A stretch of DNA of 64,000 nt from Lingula anatina (Eukaryota > Animalia > Brachiopoda): positions 11,900,587 through 11,964,586 of the forward strand of contig CM120648.1 of NCBI GenBank assembly GCA_051362555.1, written 5' to 3'. The notes beneath the pieces are model-generated. The model made no database searches, was not told the DNA's origin, and was given only the letters and a program-made list of their open reading frames with translations. Both the position numbers and the translations under genes were made by a program. This document shows positions 1 to 14,020 of the stretch, one piece after another (position 1 is the stretch's first letter; the number at the start of each line of letters is the position of its first letter).

Positions 1-1852
1 ACCACACCTGGTGACTGTAATAAGCTAGCAAAATGACAGGGGCGGAGGGACATATAGAACAGATGTTATCTGCTCCAAAGTCACGGGTTAAAAAACATGT
101 GTCTTTTTTTTTCTTAACCATCTGTATTTTAAGTGCTTTATCCTTCATATTATCTGCTTATGTGTGCCGTGACAGTTGTTATTACTGAACTTCCCTTTCC
201 ATATATTAATTTACTAGTAACCTTTTTTTAAAAATCTTCTTTGTAAATAAAACGACAAACCTGAATGTCATGGCTTAATCAAATTCCAGATTAAGGGAAC
301 ATGGTTAGTGAGCAAAATGTCTATATTATAAATATTAGTTTATAGTTGAATGGTTCATTATTTAAAAAAATTAAAAATATGCTAGTACAGACATGACTAT
401 AAAGAAGGAATAACATTGGGGAAAATTAAATATAAATAGTACATACATAACAATGTTTTTGTTGGTAGGAGACTATATTCATCATAACATATTCACACAC
501 TTATTAACTTTTATAATACTAAGACAAGAAGTAATTTTAACAATCTGTTTCATCGCACCTCAACAAAAATTTTGATATAAAAATGAAAATGGAAAATAAC
601 AAGTGCACTGACAAAATGATTTTTTTTAGCTTGAAACACACATGTACGTGATGACACTAGTTTACGATAAAACAACCAACACTGATGACTTGGTTCTCCG
701 TAAAAAAAACAACACGTCAAAAATGCCGTCATCTAATAGACGTACTAGTACTTTCCAAGTACAATTGCCACATACACACACAGCTTGCCTGACTGTGAAC
801 TGAGATATATTGAAAACATGGAGAACTCGTGTAACATGCACTGGATAGTGCGTATTGATTGGAGCTCCAGGAAAAATTAATTTCAAATCCCGAGAGCCGT
901 GCGAGGCAGGCCACGGTTTCAGTATTACTGCACTGCTGGAGATTATACACAGGCTGTTAGAATACTGATATGGTTTAAAGTGAAAGATTGGAGAATGGAG
1001 GGATTATTACTTTGATCTTTGGTCAGTCACACACATTCTCTCTCTCTCTTTTCCTCTCTCTCTCTCTCTCCCCACAAACAGAAATAAATTTATAGAAAGA
1101 TGATATTTCAGTGATAAATAAAAAGCATTTTGTCAAAATGCATGTGATTAAAAATGACTTCACAACTTAAAATTGTCCCCCCCCCCCCATGTGAGCCAAC
1201 TATCTTTGTGAAAATAAAAAAGGTTAGAATAACTGAAGACAAAAGCTCAGACTTAGGTTGAAGCTGATCTTGGTACCATAACCAGATTTAAGAGGGTTAC
1301 TAGTAGTCATTTCAGACTGCTACAATGTCACTAAGGTGCATGAAGCCAGTTTCAGAAAACAACTTTAGCCTGAAATCTTGGTCTAAACTTTTTGACAAAA
1401 AATAATGTCTGCTTTGGTTCTTCATGTCAAGAAAATTTCAGAGTAGCTCATATAAATAAAGTAAGTACTGGTCCGAAACATTAGGTACTGTACATCTATT
1501 TTTTTATGTATAAAAACAGGTGCTATATTTAATTTAACGATACTCTTTTACAGAATACCTCTAATTAGGACTTTGTCTTACTTCCAAATGTTTTGGCCAA
1601 TATTTTTAGACTTAAGTTCCTTACATGTAAAACAACCACCTGCCTTTTCACATTTAACAAGCTAGGCTTAGCCTATTAAGCCTATTAATTAAAATTCTTA
1701 TAATTGTAGTGCAGCCAGCCATTGAGACTGCCACCAGTTTTTATTACAGATCTGCATCAATCTCAAAAACAATAGTTGGAAAAATTTCATCTCTGTATAA
1801 AGTCTTGCCCCTACCCCTTCTCCCCAACACATAAAATACTGACTGTACTGAC

Positions 1853-2171
1853 CTGTGCTGATACCTAGGGAAGTGTCCACCGCAGTGGCTATCTGTGGAG
1901 CCGTAATGACCACCCTCTGGTCAACCACATGATACTGACCGCTGCCGCTGGTGTGATTCATGGTGTCCAGCGTCTGGAACTGACCGCCTCGCCTGTTCAC
2001 AACAGCAGTGTCCAGTTGACGGAACTGACCAGTACCACCTCCAATCTCTAGAGGCCGGAGATGTTGACCGGTGTTAGTCCCTGCGTCCAAAGTCTGAAAC
2101 TGACCAGTGGCCGTATTCCCCCCGGGGTCTAGCTGGGGCGGGAACTGACCTAACTGCCCATTGTGGTTCAT
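1853..2171 (-). CDS. First coding exon of an unidentified multi-exon gene (Gly/Gln/Thr-rich N-terminus with repeated GQFxxLD motif); gene continues off the left edge
   Basis: GC-rich, coding-like island in AT-rich DNA. ATG at 2171, acceptor at 2228-2229 (exon from 2227), donor cag|GTCAGT at 1853/1852 (phase 1). A candidate next exon starts at nt 14 (ttacag|TC ACC AGG TGT GGT = V-T-R-C-G) and is phase compatible. Candidate 5'UTR exons are 3058-3195 and ~13910-13960. Confidence 0.7.
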
Positions 2172-3057
2172 TTCAACTCAGTGAGAGAACGTGTGCAAGG
2201 CTGTTTGGGCTCTTGGCGTCATTGTAACTGTAAAATAAATCAATAAACAAAGCTATAAATACGTATCATGTATGGCTTCATTGTTTGTCGTGATATTGTG
2301 TTCTTTTCAGCTCGAAGTGCAGTGTAGAGATCAATTCAAGATGGTAGTTATGATTTTTTAAAACCCCTGTCTAGCTTCTTCGATTATCTCATAATAGAAA
2401 TCTTTCAGCTCGTATTTATTTCCATCTAGATAGTTAAATTACCAACATTAGCACCAGGAGAAGCTGATAAAAATACAATGGTGCATTAAAGTCAATCATG
2501 AATTAGAATTTAAGGTGCTGAAAATGACTTACTACTGAAATACATAGACTACTTTCTATTAATGGAGGATCAAGTAAATGTGCTTGTAGCTGACTATGTA
2601 AGATGTAGCACTTTTCTCACAATTAACATATTAATATATATTTGATAATTGCATTGCCTCGAAATCTCTACAGCACAATGGAGAAATATTGACAGCTTTC
2701 TGATACAGATGTTTTAAAATGATTTTTTTCCATGTAACATGCCACAATCTGTTATTCATGAAAAGGGACATGCTTTTACTCAAAATGAAAGATCCTGAAA
2801 TGATTGGCATGTTACTGCATTTCAAAGAACATTTGGCAATGAAAAGTCAAATTCTGGCAAGAAAACAAATTCTAGCTCACCTCAAAATTCTAAAATGCCT
2901 GGTACATTGCACAGTGCAAAGCTCACTTGGCTGTTAAAAGGTGATGTTTGGCTTCAAAACAAGAATTAACACAAGTGAATTCTTCTAATGAGATGTAATT
3001 TGCAACAATGCAGCTCTTGAGAAAACCAGGCTCATTAATATTTTTATCCCACCTTAC

Positions 3058-3195
3058 CTTTCTTTGTAGGTCTTGTCGCCGACTTATTTCTGAGAATTGA
3101 GGATTAATTTCATCCAGGCACTGGTAGCCTTGGATTTATGGCGAAAACAGCATTTTTTCTTTCTTCACAACAAGGAATGAGTTTGGTGACAGAGG
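3058..3195 (-). other. Putative non-coding 5'UTR exon of the minus-strand gene
   Basis: Minus-strand acceptor (ttttatttcag) above 3195 and strong donor aag|GTAAGG at 3058/3057. Confidence 0.45.
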
Positions 3196-5381
3196 CTGAA
3201 ATAAAATTAAAAAAAAATCTTTCCTGAGAGAAATTTTCCAATTAATTGAATGTCACTCTCTAACTAAGCAATATAACTACCTGTACTCATATAACTTATC
3301 AGGCACAGCTTAATAATGCACCATGGCTGCAGAGATGCAATATTTATTGTGCGAAAAAGACCTCATATTACGAGAAACTGCCTCTGTTTGGTCAATTATT
3401 CAGTAATTATCCAACAATTGGAAGAGGTCAGAAGGTCTGAACATCTGCCTGGACATCAACCTTCCTGGGAAAGATTTTCATTGCTTGTGTGTCTAGAACT
3501 CAATATAAATAGATATTTACCCAGGAGATGAAAATTGTCATCAAATAATGAAGCTCCCCCCCCCCCCCAAAAAAAAAGGAAAATAAAATAAAATAATCAA
3601 ATAAATGTGAAATTGTCACATTATTTAGAGTGCAGAGAGTAGAAAGTAAATACTCATTGCATATTTTGCATTTACTAGTAATGTGTCACAAAGATATTCA
3701 CTCGAACAGAGACCAAACTCACTTTTAAAAACTTTACAATGACTTATTTCTGATAATATCTATGAAAGATGTTGGTATGACAAATTCTCTATTTTAACAC
3801 ACAATTTGGCTGTGATCTTCAACTTTTCCAAGTCCACATGTAATGTTCTATGACCTAAGTTGCTAATGCTCGACCAATTCTTTATTGATCAATTGACGCC
3901 ACATATTTTCAGAAGTGCCCCAGGACCTATGGGCCATGGTTCTATCGCTGCATTTATCTTAAGTACAGTACTAGTAATATGCAGGGCCAGATCCAAGATT
4001 ATTTGTTTGGAGGGTCCAGTTTTTAAAAATGACAGGCCTTGGATGCAAAGCCAACCCGTGTCCCCTTGGTGTGGATTTTGTAGTTTTGGAGGACAAACGA
4101 TGTCATTTGATGCAGTATAAAACCATAATTCAGCTCTTCAAAATTCTAATATCATGAGGGGAATATTGGCGTTATTTTTTTCCAGAAACCAAAGGGGCGG
4201 GGGGGGGGGGGGGGTAGGACCCCCCCCCCCTGACAACCCCCCTTAATCCACCACTGATGTGATCCCTCATAATTTGCATAGTACTTTGTTGATTGATTTA
4301 ATATTTTACAGTTATGATGTGGACATTTTACAACTTATCTGAATTATAAATGCAAAGATGCAAGTAAGGCAATGCTCACAATATAAGAAATCAATTTCAG
4401 CAAATACCCCCCAAAAAACCTGCAATTCTTTAGATGTGTTCGAGATAAACAGTAATTGATCAGTACAGAGAAACACTTTGCAGTCTTCTGTCAGAAAAGA
4501 ATTTAATCAACTGTTTTATGCTTACTGCCAGTTTTGGTGTCTTCTTAAAAAGAACAGGTAAAATTAGACAGATTTCTTACACTCAAATTATGCCATTTAA
4601 CCTCAATCCCCAATGAAGTTGATACAAGGGAAGCAGACATATTGGAGTGCAAAAGTATGACTCTTTATTTTAGCTTTTACTGGGGGTGGAGGGAGACTAA
4701 ACAACTTCATGAACAAATTTTTTTCAACAAAAAACTGTTCACAAGCGACGAGAAAGTAATCAATATACTTCACAAAAAAGATCCAAAAAGATGGCAATTA
4801 TAATCTTGAACAAAAAAACTTAAACAAAACAATTCCGCCTCATTTGACAGGTTATGGCATTCTTTACTGACAAAACATTCAAGAAAAAAAGATATATCCT
4901 TACTGCAATATGTAAGCAGACTTCAGGTATTAAAATTAGCTAACATTATTACGCTTGGGCACCAACATATAAAGAACGCCAATAATACTGCCATCGCAAT
5001 AACTCTGTAAAAACTCAACCCACAATATGCACAACAACAGCTCCTTTGGAATAATTGCCTCAGACTTATTCACTCACTCACATAAAAGCAAACAATTGGT
5101 CGCCATTGTAATCGTGACAATACTAAGACCCACTTTTCTTTTTTTTATAATAAAGAATTGAAAATATCGATCTTGTGTCGCCGCAGCCTCTGATCACTAC
5201 CAGGTCAAGGTTGCAACTTCACATGACCTTTTTAAGACCAAGAAATGTAACCCTGAAGTTTTTAAAATATGTGCTCAAACTTGGTAACATGATTTTTTTT
5301 TTTTTTTTGCATATTTTTCCTTTCTCTTTGCAATGAACAAATTCATAGAAGCGTAATCATTTGTAAAAGATTTTGTGTTAA

Positions 5382-5517
5382 AGGGATAACAACTTCATTT
5401 TTGGCAAAAAAAAAAAAAAAAGAAAGGGTATTTTCCTGGTGTAAATGACAATTTTCCTGTACTTACCAATGGTACATGAGTCTGTTCGAGCATTCAAAGT
5501 TAGTCCATGCTTTTTTA

Positions 5518-5554
<37 letters not shown>

Positions 5555-5723
5555 TAATAATCTCTTGACAGGTCACATGATGCCATGATAAGCATGACAA
5601 GAATAATTGTTATAACTGCTGTTTTGGAGGTAGAAGAGAATTTATGACTACATTTCTTTGAGTTGTTTGCATGGTATTTATTGTGAAATATGAATCTCAA
5701 TTGGACAGTGAGATGTTATCCCT
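5382..5723 (-). mobile_element. Kolobok-like MITE (TTAA TSD, AGGGATAA...TTATCCCT TIRs)
   Basis: TTAA at 5378-5381 and 5724-5727. Reverse-orientation homologue of the copies at 27438 and 53683. Confidence 0.7.
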
Positions 5724-7857
5724 TTAAATATATAAAGGTTGAAAAGCTTTGAAGTTATAATCTATTTTAGACCAAACTCTTTGTCTCTTATTTCCCAGTG
5801 GCCCTGTCTCATACATATTCAAAATAGGTCTCAAGTAATTATTTTACCAGCCAAACTTTTAAGCTACTAGCCAAGGTGGTGAATGAAGAACAATCGGCTC
5901 ATTTCTAATTGTATTATTTCCAATCTGTGCCAGAAATGTACTAGCACACAATTCATCCATAAGGCTAGTGGTTCATAAGCTTAAAATTTCAACTTTTTAA
6001 AAAACATGAACAACTGCCATTTATTGTTACATGAAACCTTCTAAAATGTACACAAAATGTACTAATATCATGAAATATCATTTCCCGACCCTATGTTCTA
6101 TTTGATCCATTTCACTTTGAGTAGCAGTAAGGGACTTCAGCAAAAAATACATTATTCCATTTTTGACTTATGTATGGGAAATTTGTGAAACATGACATCT
6201 TCGGAACCTAATGCTTCTCTACATAAACCTTTCCCATTGCAGTTTACAAAAATGTCACAGTACAGCGATGATGCAGTGCTGTTTATGTTAGCGTGAACAT
6301 GGATGATTGCAAGAGACTAAACCAAGATAGTGACATAGTATTGATCTTTTTTTTCCTTGAGCTAGATTGTGGCATATAATGATGCAACAATTGCATGGTG
6401 TCCTTTTGCAAGATTGCCAGGACAGCGCTAACACTTGTCAATTGAACCTAATGCTAAAACTGACTTTGATTGGCTAAACAAAAAGAGCTTGATCTGACTT
6501 GTTTTAGTCAAATTGTTACCATCTGGATAAAAAAATTGGCAAAAAAAGTGATTAGGCTAAGCAAAAAAAAAAAAAAAAAAAATGCTAACACTACCACAGG
6601 ATTGCTTTTCAAAAAACATAATACTCATTGATTTTATATTTCCCTTTTGTTCACTTACCCATAGCAGTAATTTTAAATTTCATCCCAATCAAACTTTTTT
6701 TACTTTAAAAGGATCTAAATACCCATTAATGTATGATGTCTATCAAAAATGTACAAGTTTAAATCCATACTTATTTCTGTCGCAATGTTCTTTGCTTGAA
6801 ACATCATAACAAATCATGTCGCACAAATCAATTTTTTAACAAAAAAGGAACCAGAGGGAAATGTTTCTAATCCTCCTGTTCACCATATCAACCTGGCAAC
6901 ACATGTATAATTAAAGAGGAAGCAATAGTGCAAGCTATTTTGGATGTCCCTGTTGAATTTTTTTCCGTGGTCTGTGTCAGTGTTCAGCGCAATTTTGACA
7001 AGGTATGTTTTAACAAAGGCCGCATTCAGAACAGATGATCAGGGGATTAAATGATCTGGGGACTAAATATGGCCGACCCCACTAAAAAGCAAGCCACCTA
7101 ATTCCCTGACGGTCTCCCCGCCTCCAGACGTGCCAATAAAAATGTTTTGAATGATATGGTTACTGACAGATGTTACATTTGACACAGTGGCGGATTGAAT
7201 ACATGGTACATGACATCACTTGCAGGCTAAAAACTGGCATGAATTCTAAAATATAAATGTAAAATTTATCATTTAAGTAAAATTTATAAATGTTTTGTGA
7301 GCCATCCTATATCTGTTATGAGCATTACTGTGTCCAGAGTTACATCATAACATGTCAACTGGGCAGCCATCTCTGTCAGTTATTTTCTCAGCAAAACTGC
7401 ACTCTGTTATCTTGGTGTGACTTGCAATATATAGAGAATATAATAGGTCTTTCAACCAGTAACAATCAGGCAAATTATTATTCAATATTGTTGGTTAAAA
7501 TCTGTTATTTTCAATGGCACCTTTTTGCAAAGGGTCACATAAATATGAAAAAAAAATTCTAAAACATACCACCAAAAATTTTTACCACCAAAAAAAAAAA
7601 AAAAACCTCAAAACTTCTTAGTTAAAATGATTCTTAACGGGCCCCATACCATCGACGTTCATAAAAAAAAGCCGATGTTCAAAACAAGTGATATCCCATG
7701 AGACAAACTGATCATTGACTGTTCCACGTTAATTTATTGGTTATACCCCAGCAAAGCCAGTACAAATACTTATTTGAAGGAATTGATCTTCACACTACAG
7801 TTGATTTCCCTTGGCTTTCTACAAACCACGGCCTCTCTCAAGATGTCCGTTCACCAT

Positions 7858-8222
7858 TTTGGTCCAAGATTTGTTCACAACTGGTCCAACTTGAACTTCA
7901 CTTTGTTCTAAGATCTGTTCACAACTGGTGTAACTTGAACTTTACCTTGTTCTGAAACATGTTCACAACTGGTCCAACTTGAACTTCACCTTGTTCTAAG
8001 ACCTGATCATAACTGGTCCAACATGAAATACACCTTGTTCTAAGACCTGTTCACAACTGGTGCAACTTCAACCTTACATTGTTCTCAGACCTGTTCACAA
8101 GTGGCCCAGCTTGAACTTAACCTTGTTTTAGGGCCTGTTCACAACAGGTGCAACTTCATCTACACCTTGTTCCAAGACAAGTTTACAACTGATCCAACCT
8201 GAACTACACCTTGTTCCAAGAC
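7858..8222. repeat. 44-bp minisatellite, ~8 copies (gttcacaactggtccaacttgaacttcaccttgttctaagacct)
   Basis: Repeated unit with a period of 44 (e.g. 7873, 7917). Confidence 0.85.
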
Positions 8223-10309
8223 AGGTGAAAAAAGTTCCACAAGATTTGTTTGACATATAATAATTTGAGTTAGATGGTAATTTCTTATGCAGAATCTAAT
8301 GCACAATAATTCCTTAATGATGAATATTTGCAGCCTTTGATTATAAACACACTCAGCAGATAACGAGAAAGGTATGCACTTCTCTCATGTTTACCCCAGT
8401 GGGAATACTTCCCCAAATCACACACACCTGTCAGTGAGGGCTGAATTTTTTTGTTTTTTTCATGACTGTAACACACAAAAAAATATCTTCCCAATATGAT
8501 GCATGTTAATATTTTAAATTTTACTATTGGGGTTATGTACAGCATCTTAGGTTTGTTCTAAGCAAATAATCCCTTTACCAAAAAATAAAAGTAAATAAAT
8601 ATATGATAAGCTGTCAATGCTATTTAGGTTCTGACATGCATCTCTACTTTTTTTAATAAACAGCTTTAGGGCAGGAAGAGAAAGGAGTTAGACCGCCCCC
8701 CCCCCCCTCCCCTCCCTAAAAGAGGCTTTCTTTTCTATTCAGGAAAAAAGCATTTGCGAGAACTTACATTCAATTTATAATTTACAAGCAAGATAAGCCC
8801 CTCAAGTTGTACATCAATAAAGAAATTTAATATCTTTCAAATAATTTCTCTTCCTAAGGTAATAAATATTTCACAATATTGACCGAGATAAGACTCTTAT
8901 TGCAAGATCAATAAAGTCAGGTAATAAGTTATAGCTTTACTTAAGGGGAGGACATCAACTCGGTGCCATATGTTATTTCATAAATGAATTTACAGTTGGA
9001 AAAAATCAGCTGTGTGGAAAGAAATTGAACTCTGGTTCTCCCTGATAAGTGAAGGTCAGACTCAATAGGTGGCAATCCTTAGACGAGTCTTACAAAATCA
9101 ACATTTATGTAATTATTTGCTTTTTTTTTACTGAAAAGGTCCTGAAATAGCACGCATAAGGAATCTACTTACAAAGATCTAACAAATAGGGTGTGTGGGT
9201 GGAAATCAATCCTGAAAGGGTAAAATACTAGTACTTCATTCTTGAAAATAAAAATGTGTGAAAGAACACCAAATTTTCTAGCACAGCCATTAACATGTTC
9301 TTATCAGATAAAAACAAGGGATAATAAATACAAACACACTCAGGGGGTCAACTATTTGTCTGCCCTTGATTACTGTGTTGTAATAGTTTACATCCCATAA
9401 TGTAAGATAATGCATCCAGGCAACCCCTTCCAAAAAACTTTGGAAACCTCATTCTATAAAAAAATGAAACGTACCTTTAGGTGCAACTCTTGTGTCATGG
9501 AGAACACAGGGTTGAACCATCATACATATCATATATCTAACTATCATATGTGCTAGACAGCCAAATTCAAGATCAAAGATATGTATCATATGTCCTTTTC
9601 AAGACCCCCAAATCCACCTTCCCCTTGGTATCATTAGATATCCACTAGTTTTTGTCAAAGATAATCTACAACAGCCAAAATAAAGGAAATGATCATTTCA
9701 TAATTCTTTCCAATCCATTACTGATTTGGGAAAGACAACAAAGTTAAAACGTAGGTCCTCTGACAAAATTCGTAATCCTTTTTTTTTGTAATTCTGTATT
9801 TGACTTACCTTAAACAGCACACAGCATAGAGATACAAAGCGAGGTTTTTATTACTGTTACAGATATCTTTAGCATCATTAAACAGAAGACGTGCTTTGAA
9901 GTATGAAAACTGCACAATGGGTAATGCTATAACTGTACCTACCTATATAACAAGCAGGGACTAATACCAGTATATAATACTTCCTATTGACATGAACAAA
10001 GCAGATGCCAATTTTTGTTCAATTTAGCAACATTGATGCTGTGTATTACGGTTACCCCGTCTTTTTGATGGGGGTAAACTGTAAATTCCATAGATACTTT
10101 ATTATTATTATTTAGGTCATCATTTCTTAAAATTAGGCATTCCAATGAAGTTCTAACAACATAATTAAAAAGCAGGGTAAAAGCTACTCTACAGTTTTGT
10201 TCTACACAGTTAAAACACCACAAATACTATTAAGATATATAATTTTGTAACTATTTTAGGTATCTTAAAGTTTGATAAATTTTGCCCATTGATAAGATCG
10301 AGTCATTTA

Positions 10310-10368
<59 letters not shown>

Positions 10369-12489
10369 TTTCCTGTTCAAATGTACAAATATTCACATCT
10401 CAGGCAAATCAATAATGGATTCTTTTAGCACATTTATTTCCTGGTGTTAGTGGTTTGTTTATCTACTAGTAATTTATCATTATTTGTGTATTTATTTAAT
10501 AATTCATCTAAATCAATTGAAATCCAATTCATTCTTTCTTTATTACTCTGGGTTTTTATTATAAGTTAATTCATAGCTGGAGAAGACACAGGTTTGTTTT
10601 AGCAGCAACCAAAACTATACAATGGAACAATATAAAATATATTTCCCTGCAATAACATCTTTTTCCCATATTTTTCTTTACCAATTTTCCATTTCCACCA
10701 ATTAGTTTGTGGTAGCTAAGATAAGCTGTAGATGTTTGAATTCATTTGAATCTTTTTTTTTCTTTAAAAAGAGGTACAATAATGAGGAGCAAATGCTATG
10801 GTGTAAAAAGGTGTTCTCTTAATATTTTGGCATGAAAATCTTACATGTTACCTGTGTAGAAAAAAAATTATCTAAAATAAAATGCACAAATTATGTTTAT
10901 GTAAAAATTAATATTATTTTTAAGATTCAAGATCTCTGCTTATTGCCAAACCATCCTTTATATTATTCACAAAATAAACAAATAAAGTAAAGAATAATAT
11001 TTCTGGCTCAGAAAAAAAAACTTGCTATTTTAATAAAAAAAGTTCATAATGATATCATTTTAGCAATTACTAGTGCAATCGAAATTATTTCAGGAAGAAA
11101 CATTGCTAAATGAAATACTTTTTGATTCAGTGAGAAATGACTACATTTTAAAATGCTTTCCACAAGCAGTGAAGAAATCAACTTCTCCTTCACCCTGAAT
11201 AAAATTTAGTTCATAAACATGGACAAGAAACCTGAAGTTGTTTTTCATTTTCTGCAAAAAATCACATGAAATCTATTCCATACTTTTTACCTGTAGTTTT
11301 TGCAAGGGGTAACAAAATCAAAATGCTATCCAAAGTGAACACATAAGTGAGTTAAAAACAACAAAAAGGTGTACATAAAAGATTCCATACAAATACATGG
11401 AAACAATTACCATAACTGCAAAAGAGCTTTTTACCTAGATATTCAGTTACACCTTTTAACAAATGTGGAGGTAGAAGATATGATGCAACTCTGGCACCTG
11501 TGACTTTTAACAAAAAGAGAAATGATATCCACAAGAGGTAATGGAATCAACATTACAATCCCTGGGAATAAATCACTTGCATACTAGTGCCTGATAAAAG
11601 ACTGCACCACATAATATATCATAAAGTGAACAGTTTAAGAATAGAGGCTAGCAATGCAAAATATCTTTGTAAAGACAGTATAAAGTATTTTGGCAAAAGA
11701 AAAATAATTACAGTAAAAAAATTCTTTTAATTCTTTATAACTCTTAATTCTTATTTACTCTTTTACATCTCAAATTCAAAAACTCCAGATAAAGGTGTCT
11801 CCAAGACTTCTGAATCCCCTTTCTTCATTCAGCAATGAGACACACAATGAATGCAAAACCGTTTGATTAAGTTTTGCTAAAACATTTTTAATTCTAAGCT
11901 TCTAATTATATTTTTAGTTCTATGCTCCTAATTATTGAGTCATTCTATAGAAACAAAAACAGGTGAACAAATGCCCTAATGGAAAAAGAAAAAATTATGT
12001 ACAGGTTTCTAAGTAGTGATTTTCTGTTGACAGTTTTGGACAGGGTATATCTTAGGGGAAAATCAGTGAAATTTCCCATGTCTTTTTTTTTTCATTGCTA
12101 TATAAAAGACAGGCAAGAATTATATACTAATACTTGTAAACTAAATGGACATGTATGCAAATTGCTTGCATATTTATGACATGTTAAAAAATACAAGTCA
12201 TGGAAAAGCACAGGCCAACAATTTCATTTCTTTTAAATGTGCAACTTGACATTTTGCAACTGTAATGGCTATCAAAATAGTTAATCTGAAGATTTAAGAC
12301 AATGAAAATCCCATTATGCTATCACCTGTAACCATCAGGTATGTATGGCTATATGTACAGGGCAACTAAGGGTGAGATTTCACCTTTCAGCAATGCTTGT
12401 ATAATAATTAATTTACTGTCGTGTTTCTACAGTAAGGTATAAATGAAAATTAATATGATATGTCGATAATCTTTTAAAATAAAATTAAA

Positions 12490-12900
12490 TAAACTGTGCT
12501 CATTAAAAATACTTGTTGCTGATGGATAAAAAGGACTTTTGGTCCTTGTGGAAGTTGTTTCCTTTAGTGACCAAAGTCGCAATGATGACATAGGTAGAAA
12601 CAAGCCGTTCGCTGGGTATCCAGGGTCACTCATGATTGACCTAACTTTCTTGAGCACTCGTCTCTCACACAAACTTTCCATTGATGGAAATTCCCTCCTT
12701 ACAATGCAACTGGCAGTTTTCACTACGCGGTTGAGGCGATTCTGCTGAGCTACCATAACAGACAGTGAAACAGAGTGTCAATATGCTGTCAATCGCCACA
12801 GGGTAATATTTTACTAGCTCTTCTTGACTGACACAAAAAGTGACATCAAATGCCATATGCAGTTAAGTCTTTGCTAAGCCTTATATACAAGCTTGTCAAT
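12490..12900 (-). pseudogene. Degenerate 3' fragment of a non-LTR retrotransposon ORF2 (Rex1/Babar-like C-terminus)
   Basis: Frameshifted peptides ELVKYYPVAIDSILTLCFTVCYG and RLNRVVKTASCIV...LKKVRSIMSDPGYP...TRTKSPFYPSATSIFN resemble the conserved post-RT region of Rex1/Babar (L2-group) elements. Confidence 0.7.
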
Positions 12901-13859
12901 AATGGTGTGCCATATAAGATCATCAAATATATGTATGCCTATTTAAAATGAGTAACCACTTCATTCTTAGAATGATATATATTATGAATACCATAATTTT
13001 AATGGAGATGTGGATGTTATGAACAATATCATAAGTACAACTCTGCTTGCTTCCCTTACAAACACTGCTTTTTTTTCAATATATATCTCTTGCAATAGGG
13101 CCTATTTCATCAAACATTTTGCCTGAAGGGAACGGGGTCTCCCACCTGTATATTTAGTATCTGACAGACTTAATTATTCTTAAACCCCCCCCCCCCCCCA
13201 AAAAAAATAGTAATAATAAATAAAAGCATCCTTCAATCACTTAAAATGTAAGGAAAATACCTGTAATAAATGCACCTCACTTATTTCTCCACGTCCCATC
13301 AAAATGCCCCCCCCCCCCCCCAACTTCCCACCCCTCCCCTCCCCTCCCCCGTTGTGTCATGGTCATGGCGTCAGACAATTTTTCCTAGTCCGTAACCTAA
13401 TCATAGTGCTAGAGTCGTAGGAGTCAGAGCACTGATTTCGTGAGGGAGTGATGCCTTTTGTATACACTTTCAGTCCTTATCGATATCATTTATCATAAAA
13501 CAAGCCATAAGGCCAAGCTAAAGGTTTCCGTAGTCAAGAGTTCAGACGTGCAGGCAGTGTAACCTGTTCCCACAGCTAAAAGTACAGCCAGATAAAAATA
13601 AATGACTAATGTTATACATCAAAGTGTTGAATGGCTGTTACGGCGACAGGAAATGTAAAATACAAAACACTCACGCCCCCGGCACTATTACTGCGCATAA
13701 TGATAAAATACCTAGGACCAGTTTTTGGAACTCTTTTGCTTGTGTAGGCGAGGCGAACCGGCGTTTTTGGGCCTCAAAATTGACGTTTCTGGCACAGCGA
13801 AGCGAAATCAAACGACGTGGACCATGCATGCTATGTACCTAGAAACATATATCCCAAAA

Positions 13860-14020
13860 TCACAAAACTCGTCGCAGTTTAAGGTCGAATAAACACAGGA
13901 AACACCTACCTCATCTTCAGAGCATCGAAAAATTTTCTTTGCTTCCCAAAACACTGATTAGGCGTGCGCATCAACGGAAGTCTTCCCACAATGCACCGAC
14001 AAGAAGAAAATGGCGGCGTC
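13860..14020. promoter_or_regulatory. Bidirectional promoter between the minus-strand gene (first-exon donor at 13910/13909) and DNAJC11
   Basis: CpG-enriched island. Minus-strand donor gag|GTAGGT lies only 100 bp from the DNAJC11 ATG (14010). NRF1-like GCGTGCGCA ~13962, ETS-like ACGGAAGT ~13974, YY1-like AAAATGGCGG overlapping the ATG. Confidence 0.6.

Noticed and set aside
2178-2180. In-frame TGA as possible selenocysteine
   Set aside because: No redox motif context and no SECIS can be examined here; a uORF stop is simpler.
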